A stretch of DNA of 64,000 nt from Geosiphon pyriformis uo1 (GCA_016748015.1 JAAOMT010000076.1:248001-312000); one strand, 5' to 3'; positions 28,290 to 41,952 are shown, counted from the first letter of the stretch. The notes: generated from the sequence alone by a model not told the origin. Made by a program: numbers and translations.

Positions 28290-31200
28290 ATGTCGGGACC
28301 ATTGCCACCAGGTTGGCAGGAAAGTGTAAGTTTATCTTGTAAAGTTCGATCGTATGTGCTGGTTCTGTGGGAGGGTGTTGGTGAAAGGGCTTGCATATAT
28401 TTAAAAAACAAATAGACAGCTGATTTAATGAAAATAGAATAAAACTGGGAAAGCCATAAATATTTTAAGAATTCCTTAGAAGGGTTCGTTTATATTGCGA
28501 TATTCAATTCAATTTTATAAACGAATATTGATTAATTTTGTCGAAAAAGAATTTTCCTTCCTCGTTACATGCAATCTTCAAAATGATATAATTAATCCAT
28601 CAACCATTTTTTTTGGTTTCAATATCCCAGGTGGATAAGACTAGTGGACACAGATTTTGTAAGTTATAAATAAGGATCTAGTCCGATTATTTTATCTGAA
28701 ATTTCCTTTAAAACAAATCAATCAATCAATCAATCAACCTTTAATACTACTGAAAATTAATCTTTTGTTTACTCAAAAAGACATACATGCGGCTAGCTCT
28801 ACAACGACTTGGGTGAGCCTGTTTTGTGATTTTTATTATTTTCATGTATTAGTTTCAAGGTCAAGACTAAAAATTTTTAAAATGTAAAGAATGATCCCCG
28901 ATCTCAAGGTCCGCCCCAACCATTACAAACAACCCCAAAGTCTCAAGTATTCGAGGCGGCTGAAGTAAATAACACATCGTCCTCAAGACATAATAGTCAT
29001 GCCTCATTCGCATTACAATCGCCGACCCACCAAGGAAATGTCCCACAATCACCGCAAAAATATGAATATTTAATTCAACAGCCATATTCCCCTTCGCAAT
29101 CACATAATCAAGCCGCTCACATTTCTACTCAATCGTCAATATTACAAGGATCACCGTATTCAAATCCATCCTCACAACGAGGACCTAGTGTCTATTCGAA
29201 TAATTCTGGATTCCAAGGTTTTCCGAATCAGCTGCCTACCCCTTCATATCCCATTGATCAACAATATTTTCATAATCAAGGGAATAAAGAGCAGCAACAA
29301 AATTCTTATCAAAATTTGATAAACCAATCACAATCTGGACAGGGATTCGCTCATCAACAACATAGCTATCCCCAACAAACCCAACCACCGCAACAAATTA
29401 AACCGAATGATCAATCACAAGGATCGAAATCAAAGATAGCAACTGATTTTGTAAAAGCTGGAAAAGGAATTTTGAAATCTATAAAATCGAGTAAAGCCGG
29501 TAAAGTATTTGGAGGAAAAAATTCATCATCTCAATCACAATCAAATCACCAACATCAACAACCTCAGCATCAGTATCAAGGAGCATACCATCAAACTGCT
29601 GTAGGTGGATATCCAATTCAACCTTACGTTCCAAACCATGGGCAGCAATCTCAACCAGTAACCTATGATCCTTATGCAACTCAATATTCAGGATACGGTT
29701 CACAACCTAGCAGTGAATATGGTATCAACGCTCCTATATATTCAAATGTTAATACACAACAATATAGTTCAACACCACAAGTCGCCTCTCCTGTACAAAC
29801 ATCTCAAAAAATCCAAGGATATTATTCAAACCCACCAATTCAAACTTCCACATTGCAACAACCTGAAAGACCTGAAAGCTTTAGCTCAGCTCCTAACACA
29901 TTTCAAAAGCCACATGGAACTAATTTCTTCGTACAACTGTCTGACCCACCAAGACAATCAATTACTAGTTTGAGTTCAAACCAAGGACAAAAACCACCAC
30001 AAGAGGCCACCATACAATATTCGCTTCCATCTACAGAACCATCTCAACAACCTCCACGACATCAATCGGCTCAGCTTGTATCAGTATCCACTGAAAACTC
30101 ATCAGTGTATCCACCAGAGAAAAATTCTTTCCACAAACAAACTGCTCAATTTGGATCAATATCTGCAGAGAATCCATCCGGGCGTTCACCGGAAATACAT
30201 AATTCACACAAACAAATAACTCAATTTGAATTAACTGCTGAAAATCCATCCGCGTATCCGCCCACAACCTCATCAGTTCAATATTCGCATCCGTATTCAT
30301 ATCCTCCTCCATCCTTTTATCCACCTCCTAAGGAAAATCCAACGGCTGAACCATCCAAATATAGCTTTTCTGGTAAAGCTTCTACCGAACTTACAGCGGC
30401 AAATCAGTCGCCATCTGGTCAATCACCATATATATTAGCATCATCCACATTCTCAGGTCAACAAAATGCATATCCACCTCCTTTATCAAACCACCCCCCA
30501 CCCTCATCAACTTATTCACCCCCACCATCCGATAATTATGAATTTAAAGATGATTTGAAAAAAGAATCTGAAATTACCTCAGCTAATCCCCAAAATATAC
30601 CACCGCCTAACTTACAACTCCAAGATCAGAACCCACCAGTGTCTGGTCAAAAAATTGGTGCCTCTTCACAAGATTTATCTGATCGATATCCTCCTTCACC
30701 GGTCACATCTTTAGATTCGATTGTCAATCATGAATCATTAAACCATCCATTTCCCCCAGCGGCAGGTCAATTTAATCAATTTTTACAAACGAATATTGAT
30801 ATTCTGCCATCACATAATGTGAGTGATAATCAAGAGCTATTATCAAAAAGGATTACAACTACCTTTTTTTTGCTACACTTAGATCTCTAAGTCGTTCCCT
30901 CTCCTGATATATTTAAACAAAGTTTACTAATCTTTCATTTCCCTCCCGATAAATAGTACGATTCAACAATGAGTTCTCAAATTTATCCACCAAATAATCA
31001 TGAAAATAATCCCCCATCGGACAGTCAAGAAAATAAACCACCATCACCACAGCAAACAGCATACCCCTCAATCTCGAAAAATGAGCCTAATCATTCAACG
31101 ACACCTCAATCGTTTTCTCAAGAAAACCTAAATTTGTCTTCATCTCCAAAAAATCCTTTGCAAAACACAAATAATTCACCTGCTTCAACTAATGTTTCTG

Positions 31201-32491
31201 AATATTCAACGCTAAAAGATGATTTTCGACATCCCGTTCAGTTTTATCCTCCTCCGTCAGCACAACTTTATCCTCCACCAATAAGTCCAGGAAAGGTGGA
31301 GAACACAAATAATTCCCCTGCTCCAACGAATGTTTCTGAATATTCAACGCTAAGAGATGATTTTCGACATCCCGTTCAGTTTTACCCTCCTCCGTCAGCA
31401 CAACTTTATCCTCCACCAATAAGCCCAGGAAAGGTTGAGAAGCACAAGCAAAATCCTCAAGGATATACTAAGGACGATGAAACTCAACAACCATATCCAC
31501 CAGCTTCACAAAATCAACAAGAACAGCAGGATTCTTTAACCTCTTATCTGTCTTCACAACAAAATCAACAAGTACAGCAGCATTCTTTAACCTCTTATCC
31601 GGCGTCTTCACAAAATAGTCCTCCTCGACGGGAACCCGATAACTTTACATTGCCAACTTCCTATGGTTCCTCTCAAATAGCTGTCACAGCACCCTTACGT
31701 TTTAATAGTCGTCCAAATTCAATCTCGGGTAAACAAGGACAATCGGTTTGTAATAAGTTTACTCTTTAATTTCGACCAATTTATATATAGATGATTATTG
31801 ATGTGTAATATTTGATCCAATTAAATCAATCACATTTATAATTCGTTACTAGGAAGTTCCTCAAGAAACTGTTACCCAATCAACCACGACGACTGTTGAA
31901 ACTTCCCTTAAATCAGATTCACAAGAGCATGTTAGTGCTGAGGAGATCACAGCTGATATTAATAAGTTAATGAATGCAATTACACTTGATGGAACCTCTG
32001 ATTCTGGACCTCAAACAAACCCAAGTATTTTTCAACAACAACAACAATACCAACACTCAAATGTACCTCAACAGCAACAACAGCAATATCAATATTATCC
32101 GCAGCAGCAATCACAACCATATTACCCACAGCCACAACAAAAACAACCACCACCACCACAACAGTATTTTCCACAACAGCCACAACAAAGACAACAACCA
32201 CCACCACAGCAGTATTTTCCGCAACAGCCACAATTTCACCAACAGCAAACTTCTCACGAACAAAATTATTCAGGACAACATAAACAGCAATCAAGCTCCT
32301 CATCATCGATATTAACAAGTGACGGTAGAATAGTGTACAAGTTGCATGATCCTGGCTTCTTGGGACAACCTGACACTAGTAGCTCGAGACAAAATGCACA
32401 ACAGCCAGAGCAACACTCCCAGGTCTATGAACAAGAGCTTTATTATCACCATCAACGAGAACAAGAAAGACTGCGTAACGAGCATGCATAG
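28290..32491 (+). CDS. WW-domain, Gln/Pro/Tyr-rich low-complexity protein, ~1150 aa; exons 28290-28325, 28631-28658, 28781-28812, 28890-30818, 30957-31745, 31853-32491
   Basis: MSGPLPPGWQES|VDKTSGHRFY|IHAASSTTTW|NDPR WW domain. The track ORFs 29316-30890, 30969-31769 and 31970-32491 join in frame through phase-0 GT-AG introns; total 3453 nt. Confidence 0.82.
31164..31439 (+). repeat. In-frame 138-bp (46-aa) tandem duplication inside the WW gene
   Basis: NTNNSPA(S/P)TNVSEYSTL(K/R)DDFRHPVQFYPPPSAQLYPPPISPGKVE occurs twice, starting at 31164 and 31302. Confidence 0.95.
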
Positions 32492-32949
32492 TGAAACTTT
32501 GATAAATTTTTGATTCTCCGCAGGTTGGATTGTCCAATATAGTCGATTTCGGTCAATAACCCATAAAAATAATACGGTAAAAACTAACTACCGAGTTTTG
32601 ATATTTATTTTCAATCGATTTCTACTTAATTCATTAGATAAAAAGACAACGGTGTATATTTTGTAATTAATTTTCATTTTGAAAATGATTTTGGTTGCTT
32701 AAAAGTACAATTATACATTTTATCCATATTTGTTATACAACTATAGTTTATCGTTCCAAACTGAGATTACGAGTATATTGATTTCTCGCTGCGGACCAAT
32801 TAACCCGCCACTGGGATTTAGCGATCAAAACATTCAAAAGGTTAAATCTAAAATCAATGGCTAATTTTTCAGGCAATTTTAGTATGATTCGTCATTTGGT
32901 TACAATTATTAACCATTGATTTGCTAATATTTTAATTTCGACATTATTT

Positions 32950-35050
32950 ATTTCTAACTATATTTTGCACTTGATTTTATTACATGAATTAATTATTTAG
33001 CATTTATTTTGAATTGTATAAAAATTATTGTATTTAATAAAATCAGTTTCATAAATTAAGATAGATTGTATAATAATTTAAAAGTTAAATATAATATATA
33101 ATATATTGGTCATAACTTAGTAGAATATTGATTTTAACCTAAAAAATTTTAATATTAATTAAAAATTTTATAATTAAAGCAAAATAATAAATTAATATAA
33201 TTTGAAATTCAATTATTAATCAATAATTAAACTAATAAATAATTTTAAAAATAACATAATTGTTTAAATAATTGAATATAATAATTTAATTTAATTAACA
33301 AAACTTTACAATAATTATAGCCAATAAAACTTAAAAATAAATTTCTTATAACTCTTTCTAGTATTAATTAATTTATAAGAAATTCATTTTATAAATTTTA
33401 TTACAAATTTAATTTATTTTAATTGTTATTTTATATTAAATACATATTCTATTATAAATAAAAAGTTTTATATAAAATATATATTCTAAACTTATTGAAT
33501 ATTGTTATCAAAATTGTATTTGCTAAATTACTTTTTTTGCTATATTTAGAATTTTTTAAATTACTATGATTCTTTTATTGTTATTATATTTTATAATATT
33601 ATTACTATTAAACTAAAACTTGTTAATTTATAAAAATATGTTATTATATATTTTCAAAATTTAACTATAATTAATTTGGCTTTTAATTGCTAATAAATTT
33701 TTTTTCTAAATTAAACAAGAATTATTATTTTAAAAAACATTTTTAAAAATAAATTTAATTAGTAAGTTCATATAATAAAGTTGAAAATTATTTAAATTAT
33801 ATAATAATATTGTAAACCAATTTATAAAAATAATAAGCATAAAGTTAGTTAAAAAAAATCTTAAAACTCAAAGACCTAATTATAAGTTTTAATATAAATA
33901 CCTCTAAAAAATATGGTTTGACTATTATTTATGCAAATACAACAGAGAATATTACATATTAAAAGTAACTTATGTACTTTTAATATATAATTAGCCATTT
34001 AAACTTATGCTAAAACTACATTATACTAAAATACCAGTATTTAAAACCATATTTTCAACATATTTTTTAGTCTTATAAATTTTAACAGTTTTCAATAATT
34101 TTTTTATAATGCCAATAATTTACAGTTTGTTATTATTTAAGGTAATATGTTTAATAAAACACATATATGCTCTAACTTTAAAAAAAAATTGATATAAGTT
34201 ATCAATTATATATACACAAATTTTTTTAAGAAAGTTTACTTAAAACAATAAAGTTAGCATGAATAAAGTCCATATTTTTTATCAAAAAACTAACAAATTC
34301 TGTAAAAGTTAAAAAAAAACAAATTTATTATTAATTTTAATGTTATAAAATAAAATTACAAATAATAGAATCAATTGGCCAATAAATTAAACATATAATA
34401 GATAACCAACCAATTGGGTTTAAAACAACACTTTTTAAATTAGATGTTTCATTAAATATTTTAATAAGATTGAAAAATTGCTTTGTAAATAAAAGCGAAA
34501 TAAACTGAAATTTAGCATTTGTAATGATATTAAAAATTAAAAATTTTCCACCAAATTTAATTATTTTTTAAGTAACTGCAATATTAAAAGCTTTTTGAAT
34601 TGTAAAAATCACAATTACTTATTTTTTATGATACTAAAAATTATATAAAAGAATTTTTTAAATCTCGTGTATTGCAATCTTTTTTATTTTTTTAAAAAGT
34701 ATTTTGTCAGGTTTTCTAAATCTGGTGACAAATTTTTTGGAAACTGAATCTGACCTTTGAAACTGTTTTAAAAGTCACAAAAACAAGATTCTAATAACAT
34801 GATTTTAATATTTATAGTCTCTTACTTATTTATATTTTATTTGTTGTTGTAAAATGGAGAAAAATGAATATAATTTTATTTATTTGTTCAAGAAATATGT
34901 TAAAATTTGAAAAATTATTTAGTAATATTACATTATTTTTGAGTTTGGTTGCAAATTAATCTTGTATGTACTTTGATTGTTTTAATAATTTCGTTGTATT
35001 TTTATATTTAATTGAAAATGCGAAAAATAGATTTCAAGTTTGGATATCCA
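32950..35050. repeat. Extremely AT-rich block, probably an eroded LINE 3' region
   Basis: Very low GC and no ORFs; only faint minus-strand resemblance to the RNase H region of the 36.5-37.8 kb element. Confidence 0.4.
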
Positions 35051-35604
35051 AAATGGTTTCCAATAATTTAAAATTCATAAAATAAGATAACACAAACACA
35101 AATTATGAGATAGCAATCAAATTATAATTTTTTTGGCTTAAATCCCTTAACTCGATTTTATCGGGTAACTCCTCGGCCTTTTTACTTTCGGCAATGCCAA
35201 TTAACTTTATGTAAGAAAGTTGATAGATGTACAAAGTCGATCCTGGAACAAAATTAACATCAACCAATATTGTGTTAGTTGGGTTATGTAGCAAATTCAT
35301 GATAAAATGATACGAGATGCCAATCGCCCGAGAATGTCGACAACAAGCCAAATATTATCGAGTCAAATGGAAAAATGTTCAGTGTTTTAATATATTTGAA
35401 CGCCATTTTTTGAAATCAAGCCGCTTTAGGAACTCGATAGTCATTACAATAACATATCAAAAAAGGACAATAGGAATTATCCAATTATTATATATAGAGT
35501 TTCCCAACAAAAGAAACTTCTATTTGTTTTTTTAAATAAATATTTTTGCTTTGCTTTTATTTAAGCTGCAAAAGCGGAGCTAGATCTACAGTTTACAAAA
35601 AAAG

Positions 35605-35731
35605 NNNNNNNNNNNNNNNNNNNNNNNNNNNNNNNNNNNNNNNNNNNNNNNNNNNNNNNNNNNNNNNNNNNNNNNNNNNNNNNNNNNNNNNNNNNNNNNN
35701 NNNNNNNNNNNNNNNNNNNNNNNNNNNNNNN
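35605..35731. other. Assembly gap (127 N)
   Basis: Run of N; the true gap size is unknown. Confidence 1.
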
Positions 35732-36119
35732 CGATATGGATTTCTGGTTGGATAGATTAGAACCGGTCATTTGGAAACTTGTCGAAACATATCGTGGTAA
35801 TATTGATCAAGATTTTTGGAGTAAGGTTATAATGTCAAAAGGTGGTGGATCCGGGATGCCAGTTTATTGGGACGGTTGGATCTCTGCCTTCTTTCCTTAT
35901 GACAATACCGGTCATAAGTTGACAAAAAATAGTATTGAAGCTGCAAATATACCGAAAGGACAAGTAAATGTTCCATTCGACACAGATATTGGTTTCGTTT
36001 TAAGTTTTGTCGCTGGTTTTTTGGGTGCTCAGCAAGAGAGTTTTGGAGAGGGTGACGAGACTGAAGTTATTGTTTCCCCAGTTATTGGTTGGCTTGTGGT
36101 GGACCAAATAAAAGATTGA
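35732..36119 (+). CDS. C-terminal part of a DUF4419-family protein (5' end lost in the gap)
   Basis: W...L.P...K......G..DQDFW.K.....GGSG....DGWISAFFPY..IPKG...VPF..FVAGFLG..Q..VSPVIGW matches the DUF4419 C-terminal pattern as I recall it. Confidence 0.7.
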
Positions 36120-36475
36120 AAATATTTGATTTTTATCAAGTGTAGATTTAGCTCCAAAGTTTGTATAAAGATAAACGTAGTAATTAAAAATATTAAAATG
36201 TTATTTTTAGCATAATATCTTTAATTATGGCTTTTAAATAATTATTTTTGATAATTTAACCAAATTAATTATTTTCACCATTGATATTTAAAATAAGCTA
36301 TTAAAATTTACAATCTAATTTTAAGTGTGTTGGATGGCTGGTCACGTGTTAAAACCACACGATCCACATTTATAGTTACCTTGTTTGTATTTAGATTAGA
36401 CAGTGGAAGAATTACACTGTCATAACAAATAAAAAAAATGTAGTAAAATATTATTTTTTTATTTTTTTTATTTAG

Positions 36476-37850
36476 TTTTAACGAGTGCAGCCCAATCACT
36501 ATTTAGTATACAAAATCAAGACTGAGAACTTTAGTTAGACATGATTTACATGTTTATTACATGTAACTAGTCATTTAGATTAATCAAAGCAATACTACAC
36601 ACTTATATGAACAGTAATCATATTATTCAAATCAAAAAAAAACAGACAAGACTTACAAAAACCAAAACTGACCCCAAAAGAATTATTAATACCAATTAAC
36701 TTAACTGCACCATTTGACAAACTTTGCACTGAACCACAATGCACCAAAGACAACACTTCTGAATTACTGACCAAATTATTCTTCTTCATATCAATCCTAA
36801 ACTTGAATCTAAACTCCCACAATTCAGAATGGTGATGTACACCTACGTCTTACACAAAATCAACTAGAATCTAGGCAGTCTCTTTGCAATTCTCAAATAT
36901 CTACATAGCTTCCTCAAACCACTTTATAAGCACAAAGCTCTTACAAAGAAGAGCATATAGATCAACATTAGACATGCATAAAAAAAGAGATTTTAAGACT
37001 ACGAAAGGAGTCAGGAGATAAAAACCAGCCAAAGACCTCCAAACTAACATATACTCAAACAAAATTTTCTTATGGGAAACAGAGTCTTTGCTGCAAGTAA
37101 ACACATAATTAAAGAATTTAACCTCATCACAATGTAAACACAAAACACCAGAATAGTGCTTGTTATAAAGCCTTTTTCTAACCACGACAGACAGCCTGCC
37201 ATACACAGTCTTCATAAAATAGGAGTGTAAACCAGCTGTAGTTTTACTTGTAAAACCTGACAGCATATTCAAATTCAGATGTTAAATGATCATGATCCTA
37301 ATCCAATCAATATTACAAATTAAAAAACCACCTAGAACTTTAGAACCAGGACCAATTTCTTAGTACATATAATTCACAGATCTAAAAATGTCCCAAACAA
37401 AGTGTCAAATATTACCAGAAATTGGCATGTTATTGGCTATTAAAAAGCATTTATGCATATTAGTCAGCAGCTACAAAAAGGATTAAGTAGAAACATCTGC
37501 CAAAACATCTACACAAACATTATCCAATACACCAGAGTGTTTTTTAACCTTTGACCAGATTACAGAAATGTTTTTATGATTAACCAAATTTGCAATGTGT
37601 CTTCTTTCCATCCAACAACAATTATGAAAATCAGGGCCACCCATCTTCAACTCTGAAATACATGCATCTAAAGCAGCTTGACTGTTCAAGTATATCTTTA
37701 CCGAACAAAAAGAAAGTACACATTCCAACACCAAAACAACAGCCTACAACTCAGCCATCATAGATGATAGAAGACCCACAACTCTAACCCCAATATCCAA
37801 CCAATCTTAAAAAAAAATACTGCAGTACTTTCAGCTACATCAATTATTTT
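36476..37850 (-). mobile_element. 3' portion of a non-LTR retrotransposon with RNase H and C-terminal zinc-knuckle remnants
   Basis: SSMMAEL, VKIYLNSQAALDAC (RNase H xxDSQ), WSKVKKHSGVLDNVCVDVLA (W.KVKGHSG..GN..AD.LA), CLHC..E....YVFTC (CCHC-type). ORF ends at 36595, followed by a short 3' UTR and an A-rich tract on the minus strand. Confidence 0.8.
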
Positions 37851-38907
37851 ATTATCAACTTATGACATATTAATAAGTAAATTTACATTTAATTTTGATT
37901 ATTAATATAATTTTTAATTCTTTTATTACATCAAATATATAAACAAAGTTTTTAAAGCTGTAAAAAATATTTATTTAATAAAATAAAATAAAATAAATAA
38001 TATTAATTGTTATATTTTAATCTTAATTTAATTATAAGTATTTAATTATGTTAATTTTATTATCTTTACAGTTGTCAATTTGTATATTCAAAAACTTTTA
38101 AAACTTTTTAGCATTAAATTTTTAACATAAAACTTTTGATTAAAGTTTTTTTATTATTAATAAATTATTACTATTTTTACAAATAAATAATTTATACATA
38201 TACTTAAAAATATTGAACTTGTAAGTTTTTAAACTTATACAATTTATTCAAAATATTTTATATTTAATTATAATTTTAATCTTAAGTTTAATATTAACTA
38301 TATATTTAAAAACATAATTTAATACAAATTATTTTTGTATTATAAAAATTTATTACAAATTTTATAATATATTTTTAAGTTTATAATTATATACATATTA
38401 ATAACTATTTTGCTATTTATATAAATTATATATTTTTTTTAAATACATATTTGAACATTAATTTAATAGTTACTAATTTAATAATTAGTAATAATAATAA
38501 TAATATTTTTTTATTTATATTATCAAAATATATAATAATAATACTAAAAATAATTTTTAATTTAACTAAATTATTTATAAAAATTAAAAGATTATATATA
38601 TCCAGTAAATTAATTAATCATATATTTTTTTAATACTTTTATTGAAAAAATTTATTATGTTTTACTTAGAATTTTCTCTTTATAATTATTGTATTGTTTT
38701 TTATTTTCTTTTTTTTACTATTATTTTTTTAAATAAAAAATCTTAATTACTTTTATCAATGTAATATATTTTTTAAATATTAAAAAAAAGCTGCAGACTT
38801 ATATTCAATTCAAATATTGTTTTAGTATTTGCTATTTAGCTTTAGCCATAAAAGGTTTTCAGATGTAATAACTTATATTCTTGGAGGATTAGCCAAATAC
38901 TTTTGAT

Positions 38908-39224
38908 TAGGGCTCCTAACGAATCGAGTCGAGTTTTGATTTGGCTCGGACTCGACTCGGATATTTTTCATTTTTAAGAAATCGAGTCGAGTTTAGTAGC
39001 CTATGACTCGACTCGACTCGTTATTGGTCACGTGTAGAGATTTTATTGGATTTTGGACTAATAGAAAAAATAATTTTCAGGAACAAAATATATTATTCTG
39101 ATCATCGTCATTTTTCAAGTTAAAAAGAGCTAAATTGAGACTCGGCGAGTCGAGTCGAGTCATGAGATTTTGATACGTATTATTCCGAGTCAAGGAGAGT
39201 TGACTCGACTCTTTCGGAGTCCTA
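38908..39224. mobile_element. hAT-superfamily MITE (317 bp)
   Basis: Imperfect TIRs: left TAGGGCTCCTAACGAATCGAGTC vs reverse complement of right TAGGACTCCGAAAGAGTCGAGTC (19/23). Perfect 8-bp target-site duplication CTTTTGAT (38900-38907, 39225-39232). Internal GAGTC/GACTC repeats. Confidence 0.92.
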
Positions 39225-39978
39225 CTTTTGATATAGTTTATATTAATTCAAAATTGGGTCTTTTATTTTCTGAAAATATTTTAAGTTATTATTATTATAC
39301 TCTTTTTTATCAAAAAATTATTTTATGTAAAACATACTTAATCTTTTGAGCATTTTTACTAAACCATAATATTTTTTACTTAATATTTTTAATACTAGTA
39401 TATTAATATTTGGCTTAAAAAAATATATATCAATAATATAAATTTTTAAATTAAATAAAAATTTTAAAATAAAACCTATTTATATTAATTAATTTTCAAA
39501 AATTCATTAAATAAATTTTGAAAAATAATAATATATTTTATGTTTTATTAAAACAAGTTTTATTATTTAATAATTAATTATACCAATAATATTTAAAAAA
39601 AAAATTAAAAATTTCATTTTTTTAAATTTAATATTTAAGAAAAACCAATGGTATTATTTGTTATTTTTTAATTATTATTTTTAAATTTTTATGTATATTT
39701 TTATTAAATAATTCAAAAAGAAAAATTAAATAAAAAATAACCAAAAACAAATATCGAATAGCTAATCACGTTATTATATTAACTTAATCAATTAAAAATA
39801 TTTTTATAGAATAAACAGATTAAGTTCTCATATAATAAAATGGAAATTTAGAAAAGCTTTTTAAAAAAAACTTTATATGAAATACTAATTTTAATTGATT
39901 TTTTTTAAACATAAAACTATTATAATTAACTTTACAAATTTGACAATAATTACATCCAAAATTTAAAAAGTTGTATCG

Positions 39979-40013
<35 letters not shown>

Positions 40014-41448
40014 GAATTAGAGACAAAAATTTAGTTATATTAAATTAATAAAATAATAGTTTTTTGGTTAATTAATTTGGTTTATAATTTTTCACTAAAT
40101 AGTCATTAAAAATTAATAAAATAATGAAAAATAATAGATTTATAAAATTAAAGATAAAATAAAATCACAATTTTGTCAAGTAACAATTGTAAGTTAAATC
40201 ATAATTAAAATCACAAAAAGATTAAACAATTTTTTTTAAATAATAAATTAATTTATTTCAAAGATTTTGGTATTTAATATTGTTTTATAATAAAATTTAT
40301 TAAAAATTTATACTTAAATTTAAAAGGATACCCATAAATTTTTTATATATACCACAAATTTTGAAATACTTTGAATAATATTGAATAAAGCATAATAAAC
40401 TATTATTTGAATGGTTGTGATACTTCAAGTTTTTAAAAATCAATGTTTATAAATTATTTATTATTTTTTCAAAATTTTTAATAAAATATTTTGAAAAAAA
40501 ATCTCAATAATTTAATCAAAGTATTATTAAAGGTAAAAAATTTTAAGATTTATAAAATACTAAATAAATACTCTTAAAAACCATTTCATTCATGTAATTT
40601 AAAATTATTTTAAATATTATAATAAATTTAGTAATTTTCTATCTGATGTTTTAACCAATTTTTTAATATTTTAGGAGGTAAAAATTAAAATCAAATAACG
40701 ATTAAAATTTAAATAAGGGTTAAATTACTAATTTGTTTTTCAGATAAAAATGAGTTTTTATACTATAATGAAAGAGAAACAAAATAAAAGTAAGAATTTT
40801 AGTATTTGATATGTCTAAAAATGCAAAAACAATGTTTATATTAATGTCTTTTGCATATCTTTTCCATGATATATTAGAGGGACGGAGTTTCAGAAATCCT
40901 ATTTATAAGATTAAAACTTTGTATGTGAATAATTTCTGTAAACTACTTCACCATTGTCACATTCAATGCGAAAAATCTTATTACTAAAAATATTTAATGT
41001 TTTTACGCTAAAAAACTTTTTCTCGTCATTGTGATCAGTTTCAATCGAGTATATTCATCATTTGAAAAAGATCCCTTGAAAAAATTGGTCTGACATGATA
41101 TCATTCTTACGTTTCTTTTAGTTTACGCTAGCCAATTATAATTGTCCATTCTTTATTTTAGCAGATGATTTCTTTACTATGTTCGTGTCCATTAATTTAT
41201 TATTATTTTTTACTTTCAAATTTTTTTTTACTCTGAAATGATGAAAAATCTCACTGTATTATTCATTTTGAAAACGTCAGCATGTTAAACGTGAAAACTT
41301 CGAGAATGTTCAGATACAACATTGAGATCACCACTATCGGCTAAACCCGAAAGGCTTTTGCCGAAGATTTTTTTGCTATAAAAATCACACCAAAATCATT
41401 TATATCTTGGATAATAATCCAAACCTAACTTCAAGCCTTAAGTAAAAA

Positions 41449-41952
41449 ATGACACCTTTGAAATCAGCAAAACCTTTGAATCAACGAAAACGTCGTAACC
41501 CTTACGAAATTGACACGACTGGTCGCCGATATATATTCCAAGTAAGAGGAGCCGAATATGCAAAAAGCCGTCGGTCAAGAAATCAAAATTCATCATGTGA
41601 TAGTAATTGTAAAAGTTGTGAGGAATCAAATGAATTTTTTAATTTTATGGAAGCTCAACTTGATGAATTTGAAAAGAAGCTAAATAATGCGATTCAAGTT
41701 GCCGAAAATTCTTGTCATTCTAATAGTGAAGATAAATTTTTTGCTGAAAAATTGAACATTGATTTCTCAAAGATGAGCATTGATGAATTGCTGAAAGTCT
41801 CGAAAAATGTTGGTGATTTAGTTTCAAGCCCAAGGTCAAAAACGGATTTTCAAAGAAAAGAAAAACCCCGCTCTCAACAAGAAACATTAGAGTTTGATTT
41901 TAATAATCAACTCGAATATTCTACATTGCCTGATATGATATTATGGGTGTGA
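41449..41952 (+). CDS. Small CxxC/coiled-coil family member A (167 aa, intronless)
   Basis: EIDTTGRRYIFQVRGAEY; CKSCEESNEFFNFMEAQL; DFSKMSIDELL. TATAAAA ~70 bp upstream. Confidence 0.85.
   Translation: MTPLKSAKPLNQRKRRNPYEIDTTGRRYIFQVRGAEYAKSRRSRNQNSSCDSNCKSCEESNEFFNFMEAQLDEFEKKLNNAIQVAENSCHSNSEDKFFAEKLNIDFSKMSIDELLKVSKNVGDLVSSPRSKTDFQRKEKPRSQQETLEFDFNNQLEYSTLPDMILWV

Noticed and set aside
29479-32318. His/Asn-rich and Val-rich overlapping ORFs
   Set aside because: Alternative-frame and antisense shadows of the Gln/Pro-rich WW gene.
35103-35535. Short ORFs left of the assembly gap as the 5' part of the DUF4419 gene
   Set aside because: No DUF4419 N-terminal motifs seen, and continuity across the gap is unknown.
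38920-39215. GAGTC repeats as a CRISPR-like or iteron array
   Set aside because: Eukaryotic context, no spacers, and fully explained as hAT subterminal repeats.
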